Positions 18,901 through 28,437 are shown, numbered from the stretch's first letter. The stretch is DNA of 64,000 nucleotides from Deltaproteobacteria bacterium (GCA_002709835.1 PAQX01000019.1:46197-110196), one strand, 5' to 3'. Numbers and translations: made by a program. Notes: generated from the sequence alone by a model not told the origin.

Positions 18901-21900
18901 GGGTCGCGATCATCGCCGCGATCGAATCGACGTGCCGCTCGGCCCAGAGCCCGACCGCCTGCTCGGGCCCGACGCCGCGCTCCGCGAGCGTCCGAGCGAT
19001 CGCGTCGGCCCGCCCTGCAAGTGCGCGGTAGGAAACGACCGCGTCGCCCTGACGAAGCGCGACCGCGTCCGGGGCCCGGGCGACCTGCTCGGCGAAGAGC
19101 GCGTGGATCGATTCGCGCGGACCGCGCGCGGTCTCCGCCGACCCGCCCCAGCGCGCGAGGGTTTCGGTCGCGGCTTCGTTCAGCAGTCCGAGGTTCGAGA
19201 GTCGAAGATCGACCGCGCCCGGAAGCCGCTCGAGGAAGTCGCCGAAGAGCGACACGAAGCGTTCGATCGTGCGCCGCTCGAAGAGATCCGTCCGGTATTC
19301 CAACTGACCGGCCAGCGCCTCCGGCGTCTCGCTCATCGTGAGGGTCCAATCGAACTTCGCCGTTCCGCTCTCGAGAGGCAGTGGGCGCCATTCGAGCCCT
19401 CCGACCTCGACCGCCTCGAAGGGCGCGTTCTCGAGGGTGAAGAGCACCTGGAAGGCCGGCGCGTGGCTCGCGCTGCGCGGCACCTCGAGCGCCTCCAGGA
19501 CCTGCTCGAAGGGCGCGCTCGCATGTTCGAAGGCCGCCAGGGTCATCGACCGCACGCGCTCCAGGATCTCGGTGAAGGCGGGATCGCCGTCGAGGTCGAC
19601 CCGAAGGACGAGGGTGTTCACGAAGAGCCCGATCAGGGATTCGACGTCGGGATGATTCCGGTTCGCGACCGGCGTGCCGATCGCCAGGTCCGTCTCCCCG
19701 GTCATGCGGTGGAGCGCCGCGGCGAAGGCCGAGAGCAGCGTCATGAAGAGGGTCGTGCCCTCACGCCGGGCGAGCGCCTGCAGCGCGTCGCCGGTCTCGC
19801 GCGAGAGCGTGAATCGAACCGTGTCGCCCTCGCCCGACGCTTCGACCGGGGGCGTGAAATCCGTCGGGAGCGAGAGGCGCGCGGGCAGACCGGCGAGGTG
19901 TCCCCGCCAGTAGTCGACGTGGCCGGAAACGTCGGCGTCTCGCGCCCAGGCGGTGTAGTCCGCGTACTGGATCGGCAGCGGCGGGAGCGAGGCGGCGTTC
20001 CCCTGCGCGCGGAATCCGTCGTACAGCGTCGCGACTTCGCGCACGAGGATCCCGATCGACCACCCGTCGACGAGGATGTGATGACAGTGGAAGACGAGAA
20101 CGTGCCGCGTGTCCGAGAGAGACAGGACCGTCATCCGCCAGAGCGGCGGATTGGCCAGGTCGAAGGGCTCGCGCGCGGCGCGGACCATCCAGTCCCGAAG
20201 CGCCGTCTCCCGGGCTTCGTTCGTCTCGCCTTCGATGAACGTCCGCCCGACGCGCACGGGAGACGAGGACGAGAGGACCGACACGAGCTCCCCGCCGCGC
20301 TCCTCGAAGTGGGTGCGCAGCATCTCGTGCCGATCGACCACGGTCTGCATCGCGAAATCGAGCGCGGCGAAGTCGATCTCCCCGTCGATCGAGATCGCCG
20401 TGGGGATCCCGTAGAGCGGGCTCTCGGGCGCGAGCTCCGCGAGGAGCCACTGGCGACGCTGCGCGTCGGAGACGGGTCCGAGCCCCTCCGGTCGCTCCGT
20501 TCGCGGAATCGGCGTCTTCGCATCGACCCCGACGTCCAGGGTCTCGACCGCGTCGGCGAAATCGTCGAAGCGCGAGTGCTCGAAGAGAACGCGCAAGGGA
20601 ATCTCGGTTCCGAGGAGCTGGGAGAGGCGCGAGACCAGACGGGTCGCCGTCAGCGAGTGACCGCCCAGCTCGAAGAAGTCGTGGTCGGCGTCGACCTCCG
20701 GGACGTCGAGCAGCTCGCAGAAGACGCCGGCGATCAACTGCGCCCGCGGCGAGCGCTCGCGGGTCGAGGCCAGACCCTCGGCGGGCGCGCCGACCTCCGA
20801 CGCGCCATCCGCCTGGCCGAGGAGGGCCCGCCGGTCGATCTTTCGATTCGGCGTGAGCGGGAAGGCATCCACCGCGAGGAAGCGCGCGGGCACCATGTAG
20901 TCTGGCAAGCGTTCGCGCAGGTCCCGCCGAAGGGCGGCCGGGTCGAGGCGTTCGGAGGCGCGAAGGAACGCGACCAGGCGCGCACCTGACGTCCCCGCTT
21001 CCTGGAGCAGCACGACGGCCTCGTCGACGTCCGATCGCGCGAGCAGGACCGCTTCGATCTCGCCGAGCTCGATCCGGAAGCCGCGTAGCTTGACCTGCGA
21101 GTCCATGCGCCCCACGAAGTCGAGCAGGCCGTCTTCGCGACGCCGGACGAGATCCCCGGTCCGGTAGAGACGCGTCGGCGCCCCGTCCCCGGCTTCCACT
21201 TCGAGGAAGCGGTCGTCCGTCAGTTCGGCGCGCTGCCAGTAGCCCGCGCTCAGGCCTTCGCCGCCGATCAACAGCTCGCCCAGGGCGCCGACGGGCACGC
21301 GTCGAAGCGCGGGATCGACGACACGGAGTTCGGTCTCGGCGATCGGGGGACCGATCGGCACGAACTCGCCCGAGGCGAGCGTCTCCTCTATCCGGAGCGC
21401 CGCAGACCAGATCGTCGTCTCCGTCGGACCGTAGAGATTCCACAGTTCGGCGGATCGCTCGAGGAGCGATCGCGCCAGATCGCCCGGCAGGGCTTCGCCG
21501 CCACAGAGCACACGCAGAGACGCCCTTCCCTTCCAGCCGCTCTCGACGAGCAGCCGCCAGGTCGCGGGCGTGGCCTGCATGACGGTGACGGCCTCGCGGA
21601 CGAGCCCTTCGATCAGTCGCGGCCCGTCTCGCGCTTCCTCCGCACTCGCCAGCACGACGCGTGCGCCGACCGTGAGCGGAAGCAGAAGCTCGAGGATCGA
21701 GATGTCGAAGGAGATCGTCGTGACCGCGAGCAGCACATCGTCCGCGCCGAGCCCGGGTTCCCGCGCCATGGAAGCGAGGAAGTTCTCGAGCGCACCGTGG
21801 GAAATCGCGACACCCTTCGGCTTCCCCGTGCTGCCGCTCGTATAGAGGACGTACGCCAGCGCGGCGCGGTCGACGGTCGGCAAGGTCTCCACTCGCGGCG

Positions 21901-23698
21901 CGTCGGCCGTCTCTTCGGCCAGATCGAAGAGCGGAACGGCGCCCAGGGCAACCGCGGCCCGCGCCGTCTCCCCCTCGTGCAGGACGAGATCGAGGGCGGC
22001 GTCTTCCGCGATGAACGCCAGGCGATCCTCGGGGTGGTCGGGCGCGAGCGGGACGAAGGCCGCGCCCGTCTTCAAAACCGCGAGCATCGCCAGCGGGAGC
22101 GACGCCGTCCGTTCTAGAAAGAGACCGACGCGCTGGCCGGGGCCGATCCCGGCGACGTGCACGAGGTGCGCCGCGAGCCGCGTCGATTCACGGGCGAGCG
22201 TCGCGGAGCCGAGAGCGACCGAGGCCCCACCCTGCCCTTCGGCGACCACGGCGATCGCCTCTCCGCGCGACACGGCGATCGCGTCGACCTGTGCGAAGAC
22301 ACGGTCCCCGGACGCCGGCGCGGCCGCACCTTGCTCCCACGCCGCCAGTTGGCGCCGCTCTTCCGGCGCGAGCATCGAAAGCGTATCGAGGGCACGCTCC
22401 GGATCCTGCGCGAGCCCTTCGGCGATCGACGCGAGGAGGGTCTCGAGATGTCCGCACAAGCGCGCGACAGCCGAATCGCCCATACGCGCCCGCTCGAAGC
22501 GCGCCTCGACCCGAAGCCGCTCCCCGGGATGCACGAAGAGCGAGAGCGGGTAGTTCGTCCGCTCGAAGCCCCCCGGATCCTCGAGGGCGATCCCGAGATC
22601 GAGCCCCTGGATCGCCGCGTCGATCGAGACCGGATAGTTCTCGAAGACGAGCAGCGTGTCGAAGAGCGGCACGCCGGTCGGCACGTCGGTCAGACGCTGG
22701 AGATCGATCAGGGAGGCGTGGGCGTGTTCGTCGCGATGGGACTGCTCTGCGTGGAGCGCGCGCAGCCAGGGAAGCAGGGCTTGCCCGGTCCCGGTATCGA
22801 CCCGAACCGGAACCGTGTTGAGGAAGAGCCCGACGATCTGCTCCGCGCCGGGTAGCGCCGCGGGTCGCCCGGAGACCGCCGCGCCAAAGAGGACGTCTTC
22901 GGTTCCCGTCATGCGGCCGAGCAGGAGCGCGAGGGCCCCCTGGAAGAGCGTGCTCAACGTGAGTCGGTGCTCCTTTGCCGCTCGCTCGAGGGAAGCGCTC
23001 AGGTCGGCGTCGAGTTCGCGCGTCACGGTCGCGTAGCCCGACGACCCGTCGCCCCCGGGCAGGTCGAGGGCGCCCGGAGATTCGACGCCTTCGAGGGCGT
23101 GGCGCCAGTAGTCCTGCTCCCGAGCGGCGTCCCGACTGTGGAGCCAGTCCACAAAGCTTCGATAGGGAACCGGCGCGGGGAGCGTGACCGGCGCCCCCTG
23201 CGTCGTGCCCCGGTAGGCCTGCATGACCTCGCGCAGCAGGAGCCCGTTGCACCAACCGTCCATCAGCAGGTGATGATGTGTCCAGACGAATCGCCACCGA
23301 TCGTCGGCCAACCGGAAGAGCGCACAGCGCATGAGCGGCGCTCGATCGAGCTCGAATCCGCGCCGGCGATCGTCTTCGAGGAAGCGCTCCAGTCGTGCCG
23401 CCTGGCCCGCCCGGTCGTCGCGCCAGTCTTCTTCGAGCCAGGGAAGCGCCAGCGCGTCGAACACCGCCTGAAGCGGCTGCTCCATGTCCTGCCAGTGGAA
23501 CTCGGTCCGCAGGACGGCGTGCCGGTCGACGACTTCCTGCCAGGCCGCGTGGAACGCTTTCGTGTCGAGCGCGCCCGCGATCTCGCACCAACGCTGCTCG
23601 ACGTAGACGCCGCTCTCGGGCGAGAGCAGCGAATGGAAGAGCATTCCCGACTGCATGGGCGCCAGGGGATAAGCGTCGACCAGCGTGGATCCGGCCAT
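15932..23698 (-). CDS. NRPS, two modules: C(DCL)-A(Gly)-T-C(LCL)-A(Val-like)-T-E (2588 aa)
   Basis: Starts at the ATG at 23698 (a TGATG junction with the upstream stop). Motif order: YPLAPMQSGMLFH and HHLLMDGWC; LAYVLYTSGSTGKPKGV with hand-read code DILQLGLIWK; FFELGGHSLTATRL; SDAQRRQWLL and HHILVDGWS; LAYLMYTSGSTGTPKGV with code DALWLGGTFK; FFEAGGDSIIALQ; then the E-domain motifs PIQSWF, HHLIVDGVSW, ETHGRD, RTVGWFT, FNYLGQ. No TE or R domain. Confidence 0.95.
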   Translation of the reverse strand: MAGSTLVDAYPLAPMQSGMLFHSLLSPESGVYVEQRWCEIAGALDTKAFHAAWQEVVDRHAVLRTEFHWQDMEQPLQAVFDALALPWLEEDWRDDRAGQAARLERFLEDDRRRGFELDRAPLMRCALFRLADDRWRFVWTHHHLLMDGWCNGLLLREVMQAYRGTTQGAPVTLPAPVPYRSFVDWLHSRDAAREQDYWRHALEGVESPGALDLPGGDGSSGYATVTRELDADLSASLERAAKEHRLTLSTLFQGALALLLGRMTGTEDVLFGAAVSGRPAALPGAEQIVGLFLNTVPVRVDTGTGQALLPWLRALHAEQSHRDEHAHASLIDLQRLTDVPTGVPLFDTLLVFENYPVSIDAAIQGLDLGIALEDPGGFERTNYPLSLFVHPGERLRVEARFERARMGDSAVARLCGHLETLLASIAEGLAQDPERALDTLSMLAPEERRQLAAWEQGAAAPASGDRVFAQVDAIAVSRGEAIAVVAEGQGGASVALGSATLARESTRLAAHLVHVAGIGPGQRVGLFLERTASLPLAMLAVLKTGAAFVPLAPDHPEDRLAFIAEDAALDLVLHEGETARAAVALGAVPLFDLAEETADAPRVETLPTVDRAALAYVLYTSGSTGKPKGVAISHGALENFLASMAREPGLGADDVLLAVTTISFDISILELLLPLTVGARVVLASAEEARDGPRLIEGLVREAVTVMQATPATWRLLVESGWKGRASLRVLCGGEALPGDLARSLLERSAELWNLYGPTETTIWSAALRIEETLASGEFVPIGPPIAETELRVVDPALRRVPVGALGELLIGGEGLSAGYWQRAELTDDRFLEVEAGDGAPTRLYRTGDLVRRREDGLLDFVGRMDSQVKLRGFRIELGEIEAVLLARSDVDEAVVLLQEAGTSGARLVAFLRASERLDPAALRRDLRERLPDYMVPARFLAVDAFPLTPNRKIDRRALLGQADGASEVGAPAEGLASTRERSPRAQLIAGVFCELLDVPEVDADHDFFELGGHSLTATRLVSRLSQLLGTEIPLRVLFEHSRFDDFADAVETLDVGVDAKTPIPRTERPEGLGPVSDAQRRQWLLAELAPESPLYGIPTAISIDGEIDFAALDFAMQTVVDRHEMLRTHFEERGGELVSVLSSSSPVRVGRTFIEGETNEARETALRDWMVRAAREPFDLANPPLWRMTVLSLSDTRHVLVFHCHHILVDGWSIGILVREVATLYDGFRAQGNAASLPPLPIQYADYTAWARDADVSGHVDYWRGHLAGLPARLSLPTDFTPPVEASGEGDTVRFTLSRETGDALQALARREGTTLFMTLLSAFAAALHRMTGETDLAIGTPVANRNHPDVESLIGLFVNTLVLRVDLDGDPAFTEILERVRSMTLAAFEHASAPFEQVLEALEVPRSASHAPAFQVLFTLENAPFEAVEVGGLEWRPLPLESGTAKFDWTLTMSETPEALAGQLEYRTDLFERRTIERFVSLFGDFLERLPGAVDLRLSNLGLLNEAATETLARWGGSAETARGPRESIHALFAEQVARAPDAVALRQGDAVVSYRALAGRADAIARTLAERGVGPEQAVGLWAERHVDSIAAMIATLQIGGVYVPLDTSLPTARIAWTIEDADLRTIVSATRASAPEAFAAEWLCLASVPSTGDAAADALLAVSSGPDRLAYLMYTSGSTGTPKGVAVPHRGVTRLVKQDRFVDFGPDEVFLGAAPMGFDASTLEIWGPLLNGGCLVLPDAETSGPLALETLGGLVENHGVTTLWLTAGLFHLVVDDGLERFATVRQLLAGGDVLSVDHLRRAQAALPNTRLINGYGPTEGTTFTCCHRFEPSELAPGSDLPSAPIGRPIGFTQVYVLDESMQPVPPGVPGELYLGGDGLARAYHRRPALTAERFVPNPFLDPRRDAIDDAALTLYRTGDRVRFGRDGVVEFLGRIDDQVKVRGFRIEPGEIESALVSNQAIADAVVRAEGDSASERRLVAWLLPAEDTVRPSSASLRVELLARLPRQMMPASFTWVDAFPLGPNGKVDIEALPRPTFSESAVEAGASEGESPTEDALLGIWRAFLPEPTLGRETNFFEAGGDSIIALQIVSAAARAGLGLTPADVFQYQTVEELALVAGRANPVPAEAPPAEGEVPLTPIQSWFLERPAERPAHFNQAVAIGLPRKVDVDALAEATRRTFEAHGALRLRFERTDEGWRQFHAESLGTFEIERVRGASNAELHAAIAAMHAGLDLSAGPLVRAALFDRGERAGPLLVFVVHHLIVDGVSWRILLDDLSHAYRFPDLPVLQGGVSFRAWSEALVAARPLVEAERDYWRAVVAEARTAMPGAPEPAPTRYGDVETITRRLPVAETERLTREIPRATEFDPHTLLLTSAATALAETTGAPPPTLAVETHGRDARDLEILYDASRTVGWFTALHPFTPEWPEDAAPIERVRHVRSALEAVPAEGLGYGLLRYSEGGEALAVRPAVGFNYLGQLDAGRGNDQGLSREPVPGPRAAAGNERPHRLDLNAWISGGEVTMEWEFVATDLAPDLIERVADEAVQALKALVAACLEGGDAPVPGHDLEASELAAVLAQVRFGNEE

Positions 23699-26600
23699 CA
23701 GCGCGACCCCACGCGTGACAGGAGTTTGTCGAGGCTGCCGCGATCGACGCCCTTCGCATCGAGCTCCGGCGTCGGGCTCACCGCCACGGGTTCCGCGCGG
23801 ACGGACATCGAATGGAGCATCGCGCCGTGCCGCTCCGCCACCCGCTCGATCGTCGCGCGGGCGACCGCGTCGGAAGCGAAGCGCCAACGCAGCGTGAGTC
23901 GCCCCGCGTCGACGAGCGCCACCACCTCGACCCGAACGCCCGTCGGATTGCCGGCTGCGCGCAGAGAGGGCAGCGGTCGAGCGTCCAGCGCGCCGAAATC
24001 CTCGCCACCCGCGACGGCGGCCCCCGCGCGACCGAGATAGTTCAGCTGGACCTCGGCCGGGGATTGCACGCCCTCTCGGCCCTGCTTCGCCAACACACCG
24101 AAGCTCAGGCCCTGATGCGGTGCTTCCGCGATCTGCCTCCGCGCTTCACCGACCGGCGAGGCATCCGCCCCCCTCGGCACGCGCAGCCGGACGGGATGAC
24201 GGCTCGTGAACCATCCGGTCGTCCGCATGAGGTCGATTCCCGGATCGAAGGCGTGTCGACCGTGGCCCTCCACGTCGATCACGACCTCTTCGACGTCGGC
24301 CCACCGGCAGAGCGCATGCCCGAGCGTCGCGGTGAGGACCGCGTCGACCCCGTTCGGTCCCTGGGCCTCTGATGAGGCGAGAACGCCTTCCGTCCGATCC
24401 GACTCGAGGCTCACGACCACTTCTTCGATGCGCGCGTTCCCCGCCCCCTCCTTGGGCGCCGGGTCCCAGGGAAGCGCGGGGACCGGACGACAGACGTCCA
24501 CCCAGTGGCGCTGGGCCGCTTCGATTCCGTCGAGGCCTTCGTCCAGATGCTCGATCCAGGAGGCAAAGCTCGACGTCTTGGACGGAAGCGAGATCGCCTC
24601 GCCGCTTCCGAGCTGTGCGCACGCGAGCCGAAGGTCTTCGACGATCAGCTTCATCGACCACGCGTCGACCGCCCAGTGATGGGCGAGCAACAAGAGCCGA
24701 TCGGGCTCGCCGTCCGGCATCGCATAATGAAGCGCGCGGAAGACGCGGCCCGCCGCGAGATCGAACGTTCGCTGGGCCTCGGTGATGCGTGCCTCGAGCT
24801 CCGCAGCCGCCCGGGGCGACGCCGAAAGATCGAGGCCCTCGAAAACCGAACCGATCTCTTCCGTCGACCGATATCGCTGGCGCAGGGGCGACTCCCCGAC
24901 CCATTGCAAGCGGAGCGAATCGTGGTGGGCCACGATCGCCGCGACCGCCCGGTCGAGGATCTCGGGCGCAATCGGCGCAGTCAGGGAGAGCAGCACTCCG
25001 TGATTCTCGTGGTCGAGATCGCCGTCCGTCGCGTTTCGCACGCGCTCGAAGAACGCGGCCTGGATCGGCGACAAGGAGAAGGCGCCCTCCGGAAGCGCGA
25101 GCCCGAGGGTCACGTGCTCGTCGAGCGCCCGGGCGACCCGCGCCTGCCCGGCGACGGTCTGATTCTCGAAGAGTTGCCGCGGGGTGAGGTGGAGACCGGC
25201 TTCCCGTGCGAGGCCGATGATCTGGATCCCTGTGATCGAGTCGCCGCCGAGCTCGAAGAGATTCGCGTCGAGCGCAACGTCCTCGCGGCCGAGTGCTTCC
25301 TGCCAGCAGGCCAGCAGCTGCGCTTCCGCTTCGGTCTCCGGCGCCCGGGGCGCGCCCGCCGAGACCGTGGATACCGTCGGCAGAGCCTTTCGGTCGACCT
25401 TTCCGTTCGGCGTCAGGGGAATGTGATCGATCGCTTCGATCCGGTGTGGACGCATCGAGGTCGGCAGGGTCTCGGCCATCCAGTCCGGGAGGGCCGCTGC
25501 GACCGCTTCGGAATCCGCTTCGGACGCGAAGAACGCGACGAGCTGCGGAACGCTGGCCGGCGTCTGGACGACGACCGCCCCCGCGTCGACGTCCGGATGG
25601 GCGAGCAGCCGCGACTCGACCTCGGCCAACTCGACACGAACCCCGTTCAACTGGACCTGCTCGTCGAGCCGCCCGAGGTAGAGCAGGACGCCGTCCTCTC
25701 GCCAGACCACCCGGTCCCCGGTCCGGTAGAGCGTTTCGCTTCCCGCCCCCTCGGCGCCGCGGAACGGGTTCGGCACGAATCGCTCCGCCGAGAGCCGAGG
25801 ACGATCGAGATAGCCGCGGGCGACACCGGGCCCACCGATGTAGAGCTCGCCCGGCACGCCGATCGGACAGAGCTCCCCCCACCGATCTAGCACGTAGAGC
25901 GCCACCCCATCGATCGGTCGGCCGATCGGGAGGTTGCCCGTGTCCGCCGGCCCGACCTCGTGCACGCAACAGCCGACGACCGCTTCGGTCGGGCCGTACT
26001 CGTTGAGGAGCGCCGCGTCGGGCGCTTCGCGCCGCCACGTCTCGACATGGGCCGCGGTCAGCGCCTCGCCCCCGATCACGAAGGCGCGCGGCGCGCGTCC
26101 CGGATCGAGTCCGTCCGCGAGGAGCGGCGGCAGCGCTCGAAGATGGGCGGGCGTGAGCTTCACCACGCCCGGGCGACCGATCGGCGGATTCGCCAACTCG
26201 TCCGCAAGCGCCGCGAGGTCATCGTCGTCGGAGACGAGATGGACCATCGCCCCGGCGACGATCGGAGCGAAGAGCGCGGTCAAGGTCGCGTCGAATCCGA
26301 TCGACCCGTGGACGGGCGCGCCATAGCCCTCGTCGATCGGATAACGCCGCCGGCACCAGTCGAGGTAATGCGCGAGCCCCGCGTGGTGGATCATCGTGCC
26401 CTTCGGCCGACCACTCGAGCCCGACGTGTACATGACGTAGGCGAGTTGCTCCGGTCGCAGCGCCGGGAGGGCCTCGTCCTCCTCTACCGACGCCGCTTCG
26501 AGGTCCGCGAGGCCGACTGCGCCCTCCCCCATGACGAGACGACACCCCGCGTCCTCCGTCATGAACCGCAGGCGCGCCTCGGGCAGCTTCGGATCGAGCG

Positions 26601-28437
26601 GGACGAACGCGGCCCCTGCGCGCAGGACCCCGAGGAGCGCCACGAGCAGATCGACCCGCCGTGGCAGACGGATGCCGACCCGGTCTTCGGCGCCGATCCC
26701 CCGAGCGGCGAGCCCCCGGGCGACGCCGCGCGATCGCGCTTCGAGTTCCTCGTACGTGAGACTCTCCCCGTCCGCGTCCCGCGCCGCGATCGCCGAGGGC
26801 GTCCGTTCGGCCTGCGCGACGAAGGACTCGGGGAGCGTCGCCTGCGCGAGCGGCGGGGCCTCGTGTCCTTGCGCGAACGCGAGGAGCCGCGCTCGCTCGT
26901 CGGGCGAAACCGGCGTGAGGTCGGCGAGCCGCGCAGTCGGTGTCTCTGCGATCGCCTCCAGAAGACGCTCGAAATGCTTCGCCATCGTTTCGGCGAACGC
27001 TTCTTCGAAGAGCGAAGACCGGGTTTCGATCGCGACCAGTAGCCCGTCGTCCCGATCCAGCAGATGCCAGCTCATGTCGAACTTCGTCTGGTTCATCGTG
27101 ACCGCGTGCTGGGTGATCGCCAGATCACCGAGGGCGACTTCGGGCGTGGCGGCGTTCTGGGTCCGATACCCGTCCGTCTGCGCCTGGAACATGATCTCGA
27201 AGAAGGGATTACGGGCCCCCTGGCGCGGCGGCGCGCAGGCGTCGACGACGTCCGCGAAGGGCACCCGCTGGTGTTCGAGGGCGCCCACGACCGAGTCCTT
27301 TACCGCACCGAACCAATCCGAGAGGCGCCCCTCGTCCGCGATCTCGAAACGGGTCCGCACGACGAGGGTGTTCACGAAGAAGCCGACGAGAGAAAGCGCC
27401 CGCGGATCGGTGCGCCCGCCGACCGGGACGCCGACGGCGAGGTCCGTCTCGCCGGTGTAGCGGTGGAGCAGGAGCTTGAACGCCGCCAGCAGGAACATGA
27501 AGTAGGTGAGGCCCGAGCGGCGAGCGATCTCTTTGAGGGATTCGTTCAGGGCCGGCGGCAGGGTCGCGATGAACGTTTGGCTGCGGAAGCCGGCCTCCGC
27601 CGGGCGCGGACGGCCCGTCGCGAGTTCGAGGGGCTCCAGTCCCTCGAGCTGCTTCGCCCAGTAGTCGAGCTCTCGCTTCGCTTGAGGGGACTCCCGAAAG
27701 GCGCGCTCCGCGAGGACATGATCGGCGTAGTGCCACTCGAGCGGTGACAGGACCGCGCCTAGATCCTCCCCCTCGCCGCCGGTCGCCGCGCGGTAGTAGG
27801 CGGCGAGCTCCGTCATGAAGAGCCCCCGAGACCATCCGTCCGCGACCAGATGATGGAGCACGACGACCACCACCACGTGATCTTCCGCGACACGCATCGG
27901 GGCGATCCGCAGCAGCGGTCCCTGCGAGAGGTCGAAGGCGAGATCCGCCAGCGCGCACGCCCGGCCGCGAACCCATTCAGGAAGGCCTTCCACGCCCACC
28001 GAGCGGTCTGCGTGGCCCGGCACGTCCTCCCACTCCAGGGGAACCGCGACCTCCTGGTGCACATCCTGGTAGGGACGCCCCTCCTCTCCCATCGGGAACG
28101 CCGTGCGGAGCGATTCGTGTCGCGCAACGAGCGCCGCGAACGCACGCTCGAGTGCCGCTTCATCGAGGGCACCACGCAGGGACCAGGCGAAGGGAATGTG
28201 ATAGGCGGTGAGCCCGGGAATGATCTGATGGAGGACCCATACCCGAGACTGCGCCGCGGAGAGCGGAAGGCGCGCCGGTCTTTCGTGGACAGGCTCAGGC
28301 GCCGGTGCCTCTTCGGGCTCGAGCAGAGACGGATCGATCCCCTGCCCGATCAGCCGCTCTCGGAGCAGCTCACGTTGGGCCGGGGCGAGCGATGCAATTC
28401 GCTCCTGCAGTGCGGCGATCCTCTTCGGGTCCATCAT
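23698..28437 (-). CDS. NRPS, one module: C-A(Asn)-T-E (1579 aa)
   Basis: Has a helical N-terminal leader (MMDPKRIAALQERIASLAPAQRELLRERL). C domain: LPLSAAQSRVWVLHQ and HHLVADGWS. A domain: LAYVMYTSGSSGRPKGT with hand-read code DATKVGEVGK, the canonical Asn code. T domain: LFELGGDSITGIQ. E domain: SPIQAAFF, HHWAVDAWS, EGHGRH, RTTGWFT, LNYLGR. Confidence 0.95.
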   Translation of the reverse strand: MMDPKRIAALQERIASLAPAQRELLRERLIGQGIDPSLLEPEEAPAPEPVHERPARLPLSAAQSRVWVLHQIIPGLTAYHIPFAWSLRGALDEAALERAFAALVARHESLRTAFPMGEEGRPYQDVHQEVAVPLEWEDVPGHADRSVGVEGLPEWVRGRACALADLAFDLSQGPLLRIAPMRVAEDHVVVVVVLHHLVADGWSRGLFMTELAAYYRAATGGEGEDLGAVLSPLEWHYADHVLAERAFRESPQAKRELDYWAKQLEGLEPLELATGRPRPAEAGFRSQTFIATLPPALNESLKEIARRSGLTYFMFLLAAFKLLLHRYTGETDLAVGVPVGGRTDPRALSLVGFFVNTLVVRTRFEIADEGRLSDWFGAVKDSVVGALEHQRVPFADVVDACAPPRQGARNPFFEIMFQAQTDGYRTQNAATPEVALGDLAITQHAVTMNQTKFDMSWHLLDRDDGLLVAIETRSSLFEEAFAETMAKHFERLLEAIAETPTARLADLTPVSPDERARLLAFAQGHEAPPLAQATLPESFVAQAERTPSAIAARDADGESLTYEELEARSRGVARGLAARGIGAEDRVGIRLPRRVDLLVALLGVLRAGAAFVPLDPKLPEARLRFMTEDAGCRLVMGEGAVGLADLEAASVEEDEALPALRPEQLAYVMYTSGSSGRPKGTMIHHAGLAHYLDWCRRRYPIDEGYGAPVHGSIGFDATLTALFAPIVAGAMVHLVSDDDDLAALADELANPPIGRPGVVKLTPAHLRALPPLLADGLDPGRAPRAFVIGGEALTAAHVETWRREAPDAALLNEYGPTEAVVGCCVHEVGPADTGNLPIGRPIDGVALYVLDRWGELCPIGVPGELYIGGPGVARGYLDRPRLSAERFVPNPFRGAEGAGSETLYRTGDRVVWREDGVLLYLGRLDEQVQLNGVRVELAEVESRLLAHPDVDAGAVVVQTPASVPQLVAFFASEADSEAVAAALPDWMAETLPTSMRPHRIEAIDHIPLTPNGKVDRKALPTVSTVSAGAPRAPETEAEAQLLACWQEALGREDVALDANLFELGGDSITGIQIIGLAREAGLHLTPRQLFENQTVAGQARVARALDEHVTLGLALPEGAFSLSPIQAAFFERVRNATDGDLDHENHGVLLSLTAPIAPEILDRAVAAIVAHHDSLRLQWVGESPLRQRYRSTEEIGSVFEGLDLSASPRAAAELEARITEAQRTFDLAAGRVFRALHYAMPDGEPDRLLLLAHHWAVDAWSMKLIVEDLRLACAQLGSGEAISLPSKTSSFASWIEHLDEGLDGIEAAQRHWVDVCRPVPALPWDPAPKEGAGNARIEEVVVSLESDRTEGVLASSEAQGPNGVDAVLTATLGHALCRWADVEEVVIDVEGHGRHAFDPGIDLMRTTGWFTSRHPVRLRVPRGADASPVGEARRQIAEAPHQGLSFGVLAKQGREGVQSPAEVQLNYLGRAGAAVAGGEDFGALDARPLPSLRAAGNPTGVRVEVVALVDAGRLTLRWRFASDAVARATIERVAERHGAMLHSMSVRAEPVAVSPTPELDAKGVDRGSLDKLLSRVGSR

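Noticed and set aside
15995-23759. Many 100-800-aa alternative-frame and antisense ORFs inside the NRPS genes (for example 15995-18445, 16941-19391, 18620-20989, 19761-21443, 22188-23759)
   Set aside because: All are low-complexity Arg/Pro/Gly/Ala translations overlapping a frame that carries a complete, ordered set of NRPS core motifs. The same reasoning applies to comparable ORFs within 23.7-51.4 kb and 51.9-64 kb (for example 24146-26038, 35170-38517, 38767-40992, 42954-44975, 46352-47806, 54112-55209, 59692-60813).
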